Origin: a virus | Taxonomy: Duplodnaviria; Caudoviricetes | Length of the DNA stretch: 64,000 nt | IMG/VR virus record: IMGVR_UViG_3300028603_000021 | Location: 96,001-160,000 of that record | Strand: one strand, 5' to 3' | Part shown: positions 54,335 through 63,800 of the stretch, piece after piece | Numbering within the stretch: the stretch's first letter is position 1 | How the letters are laid out: the number at the start of each line of letters is the position of its first letter | Translations under genes and position numbers: made by a program | Notes under the pieces: generated by a model | Seen by the model: only the letters and a program-made list of their open reading frames with translations | The model's database searches: none | What the model was told of the DNA's origin: nothing

Positions 54335-54727
54335 ACCAGACTCAAGAGAAAACCACATGTTGTATATAACCTTAGCTACCACCTGGTGTGGTGCCCTAAG
54401 TATAGACGCCCCGTTCTTGTGGATGAAATTGCTACGCGGCTTGAGGAAATTCTGCTGGAAAAGGCCGAAGAGCTGGGCGTTACCGTAGAAAGTCTGTCTA
54501 TCCAACCAGACCACGTACACCTATTTACTAGGACAGAACCGCGACACGCCCCGCAGTTTGTAGTTAACCAGCTGAAAGGAATTTCCAGCCGACGACTAAG
54601 GGAAGAATTCCCGTCTCTGAAATCAAGGCTACCCACATTGTGGACACGTAGTTACTTCGTAGATTCTGTAGGAGTGTTAAACGAATTCACCGTCAGGAAG
54701 TACATCGAGAGTCAGAGGGGGAAATAG
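54323..54727 (+). CDS. tnpA: Y1 HUH transposase TnpA
   Basis: YHLVWCPKYRR, PDHVHLF (HUH), LWTRSYFV, conserved Tyr in KYIESQ; start could be GTG 54332. Confidence 0.95.
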   Translation: MSTVTRLKRKPHVVYNLSYHLVWCPKYRRPVLVDEIATRLEEILLEKAEELGVTVESLSIQPDHVHLFTRTEPRHAPQFVVNQLKGISSRRLREEFPSLKSRLPTLWTRSYFVDSVGVLNEFTVRKYIESQRGK

Positions 54728-54790
54728 ACGCTCTCATCCCCCGCATAAATACGGGGGCTTTCTCGCTAAGTGTCGTAAGGGCTCTTTCAG

Positions 54791-54974
54791 GGAAAAATAT
54801 TTCCTTAGGTTTTGATGAGAATTGTTAAGGAATCTTCATCCACGGAAAAATTTTTCTCGCGCTCTGGAAAAATTTTTCCAAATTCCGGAAACGGGAAAGT
54901 GCAGAAAATTCCGGTTAAAGCGCAACGAACTCAGATCAGCCGGTTACAGAGAATAGATAAGGTTAGAATAGATA
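54791..54974. repeat. Non-coding cluster of GGAAAAAT(A/T)TTT palindromes and short direct repeats; candidate origin or control region
   Basis: GGAAAAATATTTCC 54791, GGAAAAATTTTTCT 54844, TGGAAAAATTTTTCCA 54865-54880, AAATTCCGG x2, AGAATAGATA x2. Confidence 0.55.
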
Positions 54975-55026
54975 TAAAGATACCCACCACCTAACCGAAA
55001 AGTCACCAAACTAAACGGTGGGGCAG

Positions 55027-55056
55027 TTGACACGCTGGCCTCAACCGGGGTATACT
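55027..55056 (+). promoter_or_regulatory. Sigma70-type promoter TTGACA-18-TATACT, leaderless, for the replication operon
   Basis: Consensus hexamers; ATG 5 nt downstream. Confidence 0.8.
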
Positions 55057-55061
55057 AGCCC

Positions 55062-55469
55062 ATGGCTAGGAACAACGTCTTACTGTACGGTGACCGGCAC
55101 TTCAAGCCGACGAAGGAGATGGCCGCAAGGGTCGCGCAGGTTCTCAACGGCTTGTCACCCTCTTGCGTCATAACCGACTTCTCGCCCGGCTGGAATCAGT
55201 TCGTTTTAGCCCTAGCCCTAGACAACGGAATCCCCGTCGTCGGTGCTGCCCCGTTTCCGCGAGATTTCCGCGACACGGTGAAGACCAGGCTTACATCGTC
55301 TATCTTGTTTAACCAGACACTAGACGACTTTCTGACTAACCCGCAGACTTACTACGACTGGCTGGCAGAGAACGTAGACTCGGTGCTAGCTCACTACTCA
55401 CCCGACACTCACCGCCCGATGCTAAAATTGCATCAGAGGGTTAAGCTGTACAACTTAGGAGGCCGATGA
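55062..55469 (+). CDS. YspA/SLOG-like protein (divergent)
   Basis: LLYGDRHF...VITDFSPGWNQFVLALALDNGIPVVGAAPF. Confidence 0.5.
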   Translation: MARNNVLLYGDRHFKPTKEMAARVAQVLNGLSPSCVITDFSPGWNQFVLALALDNGIPVVGAAPFPRDFRDTVKTRLTSSILFNQTLDDFLTNPQTYYDWLAENVDSVLAHYSPDTHRPMLKLHQRVKLYNLGGR

Positions 55470-55810
55470 ACGCACTGGAGCACTTGAAGCAAGAGCTAGA
55501 ATCTATCTCCGCCGACGACATAGAAAACTTCGGCGTGACACTTGCTGTCGGAAGAGCATGGTATGTACGCTTCAGATGGCTGCCAAGGTATGAGAAACCT
55601 GACACACAGCCCATACACGACATGCTAGACAACAAACCAGAGCTGCTGCTGAACCTTATAAAGTCCACATCGTTCATGGAGTTTATAACCCGCCTACGAA
55701 GTGTTGACGACTGGATGAGGCCGCGTGGCTACGGAGTCATGGTGAGCGGGGCTAACATGTGGACTAACCTGAGACTCAGGCTACACAGCTGGACAGGCGG
55801 ATTTTCTTGA
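55466..55810 (+). CDS. Hypothetical protein
   Basis: 114 aa, AGGAGG RBS, overlaps both neighbours. Confidence 0.6.
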   Translation: MNALEHLKQELESISADDIENFGVTLAVGRAWYVRFRWLPRYEKPDTQPIHDMLDNKPELLLNLIKSTSFMEFITRLRSVDDWMRPRGYGVMVSGANMWTNLRLRLHSWTGGFS

Positions 55811-58562
55811 TCGACGGCGAAAAACTTGTAGCACTAGACATAGAAACATCCAACAGCCGAGGTAGCGGAGCACTAGACCCCACTGCCGAAGGGTCTGTTG
55901 TTGCGTTGATACAGCTAGCCTACGACGACGGCAGGATAGAACTCCACAGACCGACCCACGAAACTATCAGCCTGATAAAATCCCTGATAGACGAGGGGTA
56001 CAGGTTCGTCATACACAACGCGGCCTTCGAGCTTGACTGGTTCTACACCAAGTATAACCTAGTCATCCCTAAGCTGTGGTGTGCTATGATAGGTTCTCAG
56101 ATACTCAACGCAGGTAAAACAAACCTAGACCCCGCAACACTCATGTCTGGTAAGGTTGCTTCGAAGAGCTTGGCTCACTTGGGACTCTGGGAAGTACTCA
56201 TAGAAGAGGATGATGACTATCTCTCTAGCAAAACTAGAGGGCAGTTTTCGCATAACCTTCAAGCCGTCGTGTATAGGTATGCAGACAGGGCAGTGATACA
56301 GAAAGACCAAGGCACGTCGGACTGGTTGCAAGAGCCCCTTACACCAGAGCAGGTAAGATACGCCAAAGATGACGTGAGATATCTGATACAGGTAGCCAGA
56401 AACCAGTGGAAATTCTTGCAGAAGTTCGGGATGGAAGCTGTAGCAGAGCTAGAGATGGACGCGCTGGTGCCGTTTGCACTGATGCACGCTCACGGGATAA
56501 AGGTAGATGAGGACGGATGGAGAAAAGAAGCTTACGCGCATGGGGAGATAGCTAAGCAGCTAGAGGAAGAGCTGAACCCTAAGTTCGGAGAAGAGCTTGC
56601 TCGAAGAGAGGGGCAACCCTCGCTCTTCGGGTACTATGTGCCCAAATCTTTCAGCATTTCTTCCCCCAAACAGCTGGCCAACTTTTTCGGGCTAGAAAAC
56701 GCAGACGAGCGTGTCCTGAGAGAAGTTAAGCACCCACTCATACCGCAGCTGCTGAAATTCAAAGAAAGCCAGAAGATATCGAATACCTACGGAGATAAGT
56801 ACCTAGCTCATATCAAGAGCGACGGTAGGATACACTCAGACCTGAGACAAGCAGCCACTACGACCGGCAGGGTTTCGTCTTCGTCTCCGAACAACCAGAA
56901 CCTCCCGCCTAACATGCTGAAAACTCATATGCGTGCTGAAGAAGGTATGCTAGTGGTCTACTTTGACTACTCTTCAGTAGAGTCACGTATCCTTGCGTAT
57001 GCAGCTGACGATAAGAGCATGATTCGAAGCGTTAACTCTAGTGACGTTCACTGGGAGAACGCTAAAAAGATCTTTAAGCTACCACCTGGGGCGACCAGAG
57101 AGGGGGTGTTCAGTGTTAGTGGGAAAAGCCTCAGTGGTAATGAACTGAGGCGAATGTCGAAAGGAGTATCTTTCGGTTAGGTAAAAATAGCCGAAGTAAA
57201 ACCCGCTCAATTGCTGGGAACCCCACGTGGGCAATCAGCAGCCAGAGTTAGCCGAAAGGCTTTCAAATGGTTCAACGACTCAATCTACCCTAAACCACAG
57301 GTATGGGAAAAGATGGATGCGAAAGCATAACACGGCGGGTGTTGAAATAAAGAGTAACTTTTGCTATAATGTTCCAATGAAAAATAAAATATGTATAGAC
57401 TGTGGAACAAGTTACTCGCCTGATGGCCCAGCACAGAAATATTGCAGACCGTGCGGAATAATACGCAGAAAAAACAGAAGGTTCGAGAGTTCTCGAAGGC
57501 AAAGAGAAAAGCGCGGGGCAAAGGTTGGTGTTGGCAGTGGCGGAAACCAAGGTCGAGGTAAAACCCATCACTCTTACAAAAATGGAACTGGTTTATACAA
57601 GCCTATAGGTAAGAGAATGGCGATGGAACTAAAACACTGTGAGAGATGTAATCGTAAACTAGACTTAAATAACAGTTTTAAATGGGTTACACATCACAGA
57701 GACCATGACCGAACAAACAACTCAGTAGAGAACTTGGAAATACTCTGCAAAAGTTGCCACCAGAAAGAACATCAGGTTTACAAAAATTTCAACAAAGGTA
57801 TAGTCTAGCCCACTAGCAATAGTGGAACAGCTGATTCCCTACGGAATTTCTAAAGTCGGCCTTGTAAACAGAGGTTTTGCTGAAGACGAAGAAATCGGGC
57901 AAGCCCTCATAGATGCTTTCCTGGGTGAGTACACTGAGGTAGACAAGTTTCTTAAGCAGTCCATAGCAGAAGCACTGACCCGAGGGTATACACAAGACGC
58001 CTTAGGTAGGATACGGTGGTATGATATCCCGGAAAGCGGAGACCCCGAGGTTATAAAGCAAGCAAGGTCGTTTGCGGCTAGGCAGGCTCAGAACCATAAA
58101 ATCCAGGCTACATCAGCCGACATAACCAAGCGAGCTATAGTTGACACACATAACTACCTGGAGGAAACAGGCAGAGGCTACTTAGTCTTGACTGTTCACG
58201 ACTCCATCATAGCCGAGGTAAAGCTACAGACAGCAGGAGATACCATCAAGCATATGCTAGAGATCATGGAGTCAGCCGGGCCTAAGGTTTTCCCCGGCAT
58301 CGTCACCCCAGTAGACGCTGACGTGGGGTACAAGATCACCAAGACCTGTGAGCTGACTGGTCTAGCGTTCTCAGTTTTCTCACACAGCTACAGCGACGGT
58401 GTTGTTACAGAAAACACCGACAGATACGACCCAAGAGTAGCAAGCATTGTAAAGGGCGCAGCACCGGGAGAAGAACTTACCGTACTGCACGCATTTATCA
58501 CTTCTCAGGGCGAGGATTGGAAACACGCTAACCAAGACCTGGTAGACGCAGCATGGAAGTAA
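55807..58562 (+). CDS. polA: Family A DNA polymerase with 3'-5' exonuclease; exons 55807-57177 and 57834-58562 (about 699 aa spliced)
   Basis: ExoI LDIET, ExoIII YAKDD, TTTGRVSSSSPN, motif A DYSSVESR, motif B restored across the junction (SKGVSFG|IPYG), motif C TVHDS. Confidence 0.92.
57178..57833 (+). ncRNA. Group I self-splicing intron (IA2-like), 656 nt
   Basis: P1 TTCGGT/GCCGAA with U-G at the 5' splice site; P3 ACCCGC/GCGGGT; P4 TTGCTG/CAGCAG; P7 GACT/AGTC; P8 GTTGAAAT/ATTTCAAC; P9 CCACTA-GCAA-TAGTGG; terminal G 57833. Confidence 0.9.
57377..57808 (+). CDS. Intron-encoded HNH homing endonuclease (143 aa) in loop L8
   Basis: CxxC pairs; HHRDHDRTNNSVENLEILCKSCHQKEH; own promoter TTGAAA-17-TATAAT 6 nt before ATG 57377. 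Confidence 0.85.
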   Translation: MKNKICIDCGTSYSPDGPAQKYCRPCGIIRRKNRRFESSRRQREKRGAKVGVGSGGNQGRGKTHHSYKNGTGLYKPIGKRMAMELKHCERCNRKLDLNNSFKWVTHHRDHDRTNNSVENLEILCKSCHQKEHQVYKNFNKGIV

Positions 58563-58587
58563 CTTTTCATGATAAATATTACACCCT

Positions 58588-58608
58588 AGCGCCGTAAATG
58601 GCGCTTTT
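58588..58608 (+). terminator. Probable terminator after the polymerase
   Basis: AGCGCC-GTAAAT-GGCGCT-TTT. Confidence 0.55.
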
Positions 58609-58619
58609 ACTGTTCTTAC

Positions 58620-58648
58620 TGGACAAACCTTAGTCTATGTGCTAAACT
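58620..58648 (+). promoter_or_regulatory. Promoter TGGACA-17-TAAACT (extended -10) for the portal
   Basis: Hexamer match and spacing. Confidence 0.55.
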
Positions 58649-58670
58649 GTTGGGAATCAATAGGAGAAAA

Positions 58671-60896
58671 ATGGCCAGAACACCCTCTATAAAGATAACT
58701 GCTAAACCTAAGACACCTGGGGTAAGCTTAGCAGGTATAAACGCTGGAGAAAGCGCCCGTGCTAACAACGAGGGCGTTTTTATCTCCACCGAGTTCTACC
58801 GTAACGACATAGTAGGTAAGCCTTATCCTGGGTTCATAAACTACCAAACCCAGAGATACTTAGCATACAACAGTACCGTAGTAAGGTCGATAATCAGCTT
58901 GCGTACTCAGCAAGTAGCTATGTTGCCATATAACATAGTTCCTAGCAACGACCAAGAACCCACAAGAAAAGTCAGCGTGTTCGACTACAACATGTACGAG
59001 CTTCTATACCACCCAGTGTTCGACCAGCCTGAGAAAGACTTCCTGAAGAAGATGTACCTCAGGATAGACCCAGATGCCTACAAGATAAACAAGCAGTCTC
59101 TGTACGAAGAGTCCAAAGACCAGTTCAGTGCCGCAGAGATAGCTACTATAGATCACTTGCAAGAGAAACACGATTCTTTTTACAGAGATAGAGACGAAAG
59201 CATAGCCAAGATAAGGTCTATCCTCAACAACCCTGACCCGTGGTTCACAGGAACACAGTCGTGGAGCCAGATGATACAGGCTATCTTGTTCGACCTCATC
59301 GCCCTCGACAGGGGAGCACTTCTCAAGCTCAGAGACGAGGAAGGTGGGATTCGAGGCCTCATGCCGATGGATGGGGCCTCGATCCGGCCACTTATCAATG
59401 AATTTGGTTTCTACGACGACGATAAAGCTTTCGTTCAGGTCTCCGAGACAAGCGGAACGCCTAACGTCTACCTTAACCGTAGAGATGTCATCATAATGAG
59501 TATGCACCCAGTAACTGATATGCGTTACTTCGGCTATGGCGTGTCTCCGATGGAAACCTTGTTTACAGCCGCGCTTACCGATATCTACATAGACAAAGGA
59601 CAACTAGACTTCTACCGCAAAGGTGGGTCTATACCAGAGGGTGTACTTAACATCGAGCCACCGACCTCGCGTGACGGTATGGTGTCTCACATGAACCAGC
59701 AAACTCTAGAGTACATGCAGCGTAGCTTGCAGGCTATGATGGCTGGTGACTACACCCAGGTTCCGATCTTTTCTGGGGGGAAAGTCAGCTTCATCGACTT
59801 CAAAGGTAAAAGAAGGGACGGGCAGTACAAGGAGCTTGCTGAGTACGTAGCTAGGAAAACATGTGCCGTTTTACAAGTCTCCCCGCAAGACGTTGGCATA
59901 ACATCTGATGTAAACAGGTCTAGTGCCACCGTGCAGCAAGACCTCACTAAGAGCAAGGGACTTCTGCCGCTGATGAACACAGTAGCAGAGTATATCACTC
60001 GTGGAGTTGTAGACGAGCTACGCCCGGAAAGAGACCTCAAGCTTGCTTTCATCGACGACGACACAGAGAAGAACAAGAACGAGTGGACGATGAGCCAACA
60101 GCAGCTCGTCAGCGGAGTCATAACCGTGAACGAGTACCGCGTAGCACACGGTAAATCCCCAGTTCCCTGGGGTAACAGCCCCTTGCAGGGCTTGAGAAAC
60201 TGGCGCTCGCCGGAAGAAGAACAAGAGCAACAAGGCGGTGGCTTGGGCGGTCTTGGTGGTGCACCCGGGGGGTTGCCTCCCATGCCAGCTAGCGTAGCCA
60301 ACCCTGGCGGCCCTGTGGGTGGAGCAAACCCAGCCGCAGGACGCCCACCTGCTGGGGCACTGAAATCGTCAAGGTTCTTCTCACTCAACGCGAGAAGCGA
60401 AGACGAAGCAGAAGAGTTCATGGTAAAAGGTTTCTCGGAGATGTACGACGAGAACTCTAACTTCCACGAGATAGTTTCTTTGCATGATATCCATAACTAC
60501 CCAGGAGGAGAGTGGATGAGGACGCCTGTGGCATCCTACGAGCACTTCGTAGACACCCACCCGGCACTTGGGATAAAGGTGCAGATACCAGAAGATACAG
60601 ATACAAGGGATGTTCTGCTCCTCTCGATGTACACCGGAGACGAAATCATCGTAGAAAACGGAAATGTACCGCTTATAAAGGCTATGGCGACGGCTGCGTA
60701 CAACAACCTCAACGACTCTACCCGGAACAAGGTAGACGAGATCACCTTCAACAACGGTGAGGAAGCCTTTGAGAAGTACATCTACAACCGACTAGATGCC
60801 CCTCTGCAAGACGCTCTGTACAAAGACTACTACAGGTTTAAAAGTTTTGCCGTGAGTGACGCGCAGCTAGAGGAAGTAGAGCAATGTATAAGCTGA
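58671..60896 (+). CDS. Portal protein with C-terminal extension
   Basis: LMPMDGASIRP, YGVSPME, FYRKGGSIPEGVL, VSPQDVG, SKGLLPL, GVITVNEYR; AGGAG RBS before ATG 58671. Confidence 0.88.
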   Translation: MARTPSIKITAKPKTPGVSLAGINAGESARANNEGVFISTEFYRNDIVGKPYPGFINYQTQRYLAYNSTVVRSIISLRTQQVAMLPYNIVPSNDQEPTRKVSVFDYNMYELLYHPVFDQPEKDFLKKMYLRIDPDAYKINKQSLYEESKDQFSAAEIATIDHLQEKHDSFYRDRDESIAKIRSILNNPDPWFTGTQSWSQMIQAILFDLIALDRGALLKLRDEEGGIRGLMPMDGASIRPLINEFGFYDDDKAFVQVSETSGTPNVYLNRRDVIIMSMHPVTDMRYFGYGVSPMETLFTAALTDIYIDKGQLDFYRKGGSIPEGVLNIEPPTSRDGMVSHMNQQTLEYMQRSLQAMMAGDYTQVPIFSGGKVSFIDFKGKRRDGQYKELAEYVARKTCAVLQVSPQDVGITSDVNRSSATVQQDLTKSKGLLPLMNTVAEYITRGVVDELRPERDLKLAFIDDDTEKNKNEWTMSQQQLVSGVITVNEYRVAHGKSPVPWGNSPLQGLRNWRSPEEEQEQQGGGLGGLGGAPGGLPPMPASVANPGGPVGGANPAAGRPPAGALKSSRFFSLNARSEDEAEEFMVKGFSEMYDENSNFHEIVSLHDIHNYPGGEWMRTPVASYEHFVDTHPALGIKVQIPEDTDTRDVLLLSMYTGDEIIVENGNVPLIKAMATAAYNNLNDSTRNKVDEITFNNGEEAFEKYIYNRLDAPLQDALYKDYYRFKSFAVSDAQLEEVEQCIS

Positions 60897-63800
60897 CAAC
60901 CTACAAGAGTCTGGTTGTCCCAGAGGGCTTCACAACAGGGCAGTTAGACTTCTACAAGGCGTTCTCATACCTGACTTCTCTAGGCATGAACAACGAAGCT
61001 ATGGCTATGTTGTTTGCACTCAAGGCCGTAGTAGTCCCTGAGGGTAGTGCTGTGATCTATACACCCGAGGGTAAAAACCCCAGCAAGATACCAGCGGGGA
61101 GTGGTGTGCCTATCTACCTAGGTAGGGACAACACCACGTGGGAAGGGTTTGCTCAGTACGTAGCTGAAAACCCGGAGAACACTACCTGGCAGATTGTGAA
61201 CGAAGAAGACGCAGAGGACATAGAGTTCGACCAAGAATACTATGTAGCGCTCATGAGTCGGTTCAGAGAGTCTATGATCCAGTCGCTTGATGCCGGGGAT
61301 TACTACAACACCGTTACTCTGCTAGAATACCTTAACCGGCTAGCTGCACAACCAGAAAAATATCTCGAAGAGGCAAGAAAAGAAACCATAGTACAGGCAG
61401 GAGACAGCAAAGAGACCAGGGAAAAGAAGAAAGAGATGCGTGACGCAGCAGAGGAACGCTACAACAAAACTCGTCGTGTACAGGTAAGCGCCACTAGACT
61501 TGCAGAGCAGACGCACGCGGAGCTAGTCTATAGACATGTACTACAGAGTAAAAACATAACAGAGCTAGAGCGTCAGGTAGAGGAAGCATTTACCCCTAGG
61601 ATGGAATACCTGGCCGAGAGGCTTAAGGATGTTGACGGGACATGGAAGCTAGAGTACAGGCAAGCGGATACCACGTATTTCACTGCTACTAGGAACAACA
61701 ACGCTATCGAAGCAAAGCGGGGGTATGTTCCAGTGTTGGTGAGGTACGAGGGAGAGCGAGACCTGTCAGACTTGATGGCTGTGTTGGCGCTGAGCAACTA
61801 CAACGGGTTTACCACCGAAGAGCTTACCCCCGGCAGCGACTCGTCTTTGTTAGACAAAAACGGTGTTATGCACCTAGAAGATGTCGGTGTAGCAGCAGAA
61901 ACCTTGGTAGGTAAAGCGCCCATGGAAGTGTTGGACAAAGCAGTCGGACTGACATCAAGGCTGGCTACCCTTATAACACTCAGGGAGCTAGCCGGGCTAG
62001 AAAGACGAGAAAAGATAGCCAGCAGGCACGCGCTAGATGCCTTGGTTACAGACCCACGTAACCTTGAAAACACATATGTCAAGAAAGGTGACATAGACTC
62101 TCAAGAAGCTTTCTTCAACGCCATGGTGTTCACGGCTAGGATAGACCAGACCTTCGAGCAAGGAGTTGCTGTAAGTCAAGGCGTAAGTGCAGTAGACGAG
62201 AACTGGTCAGAACCAGTGCGAGAGGGAGCACACCTTCTGGTAGCTCGTAGCAGAGAGAAAGCATCAGAGTTCTTGTTTGGTAAAGACGGATGGGAACCTC
62301 TTGAAGACGCGCTTGGTATCAAGCTCAACGAAACACACAGAACGGGGTTATCCTCCGCGATCGAGAACATGAGTGCTGAGGAAATCAACAAGCTTATGAG
62401 TAAGAACAACGACGCCCTAGCTAAGGAAGTTATGTCAGCTATGGGGATAACACGCGGGAGAGTTTCTTCGTCGCAGGCCGAGCAGATATCTGACTCTGTA
62501 AGGAGCCTACAGAAGAGGATTCTAGCAAGGAAAGAGCTAGAGTATGCGTCATGGTCTGCAAGGTTAGGTGGTATGTACACTACTGACGGGCATTATTTCA
62601 GACGGGGGGTGTCTTGGGTAGTGAACCACGCACTAGCTGGGGAATCGGTTTCGTTCGATGAGTACTCTCAGTCGTTCGTTGGAGATGAAAGCGGTAGGAT
62701 AGTACCACTCGCATACCTAGACCTCATCGGTGGTCAAGCGATAGGGTTTAACACCGACACGAACGACATAGAACTTTCTCCTACACAAGAAGAGTATTTC
62801 AAGAGTCGATACAACATGACCGATATAAGCGGAGATAACCTGCTTGACCTGCTCTACGCGGCGTCTAAGGACGGAGGATACGCCCCTTCAGCAGTGTACT
62901 CGCAGAATATTATCAGCAGTAACGCAGATATAAAAAATCAGCTAGCGGAGAACAACGGCGGGAAAGAGTTCTCTCCTGATATGGTGGAGATAGATACAAA
63001 AGAAAACCCACGGCTCCAGTCTACAGTGCAAGACTTTGCAGGCCAGATCTTCGGTAGGATAGTAGATAACGACAACGACTACGACAACTCTACTGTCGAG
63101 CTAACAGATGCTCTTCTAGAGGCGGAAACACGGGCAGAGGTTGCACGTCTCATACCTCAGGTAGCAGAAAGCATAGCAAACAACGTAGTCACTACCTATA
63201 AGGAAACCTTTGGTGCTGGAGTTGACTCTCAGTGGGTTAAAGACCTTGTAACAAAAGATGTCAACGACAAGCTCACATCGTCACTGGGCAACAAAAAAGA
63301 GGTAGCAACTGGTAAAAGTATCCTATCCGGATCATACGGTGTGTACTTTGAAGGCGTTCAGTCGATAGCTGCCATGGTAGGGCTCGTTGGTAGGTCTGGG
63401 GCATCGGGTGCCACTGAGACCAAGCTTGGCTTCGAGTGGGAAGACCCCACCGGGGTAAGACACATATACTCTCGCAACCCGAAAAGCGGGGCGATAGATG
63501 CGATCTACACAACACTAGGAAAAGACGGAACACTCACTGTGGAACCGATAGAGTTTAAGCTCTCTGACACTCACGACGCGATAGCGCACCTTGGAACCAC
63601 AACTGATTTCTACGAACCTAAACTGCAAGAGCTTGTCAGAGATACACGTGCTAAAAAACTAGTAGTGAGCAGCACTAACAACTTCTCGCAGATAGTCAGC
63701 ACAAGCAGAAAGGGTGACCAGAAGAAAAAGCCAGCTGAGTTCAGAAAAAGGCTGAAGGGAATCGTAACCAGCGTCTTGTCGTTTAAGGTGCCCTTCTTCC

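Larger units (their letters stand above)
53162..54774 (-). mobile_element. Complete IS200/IS605-family element with divergent tnpA and tnpB
   Basis: Left end: TTAC target (54775-54778), AAAG guide, CCCCCGTA-TTTA-TGCGGGGG hairpin. Right end: GAAG guide, hairpin, terminal TTCAC at 53162-53166. Fits IS608-type guide/cleavage rules. Confidence 0.85.

Noticed and set aside
54812-54994. 60-aa ORF in the palindromic region
   Set aside because: No RBS or leaderless promoter; reads through repeat DNA
57227-57376. N-terminal 50 aa of the track's 193-aa HNH ORF
   Set aside because: Overlaps the intron core (P4-P7, P3'); the promoter points to ATG 57377
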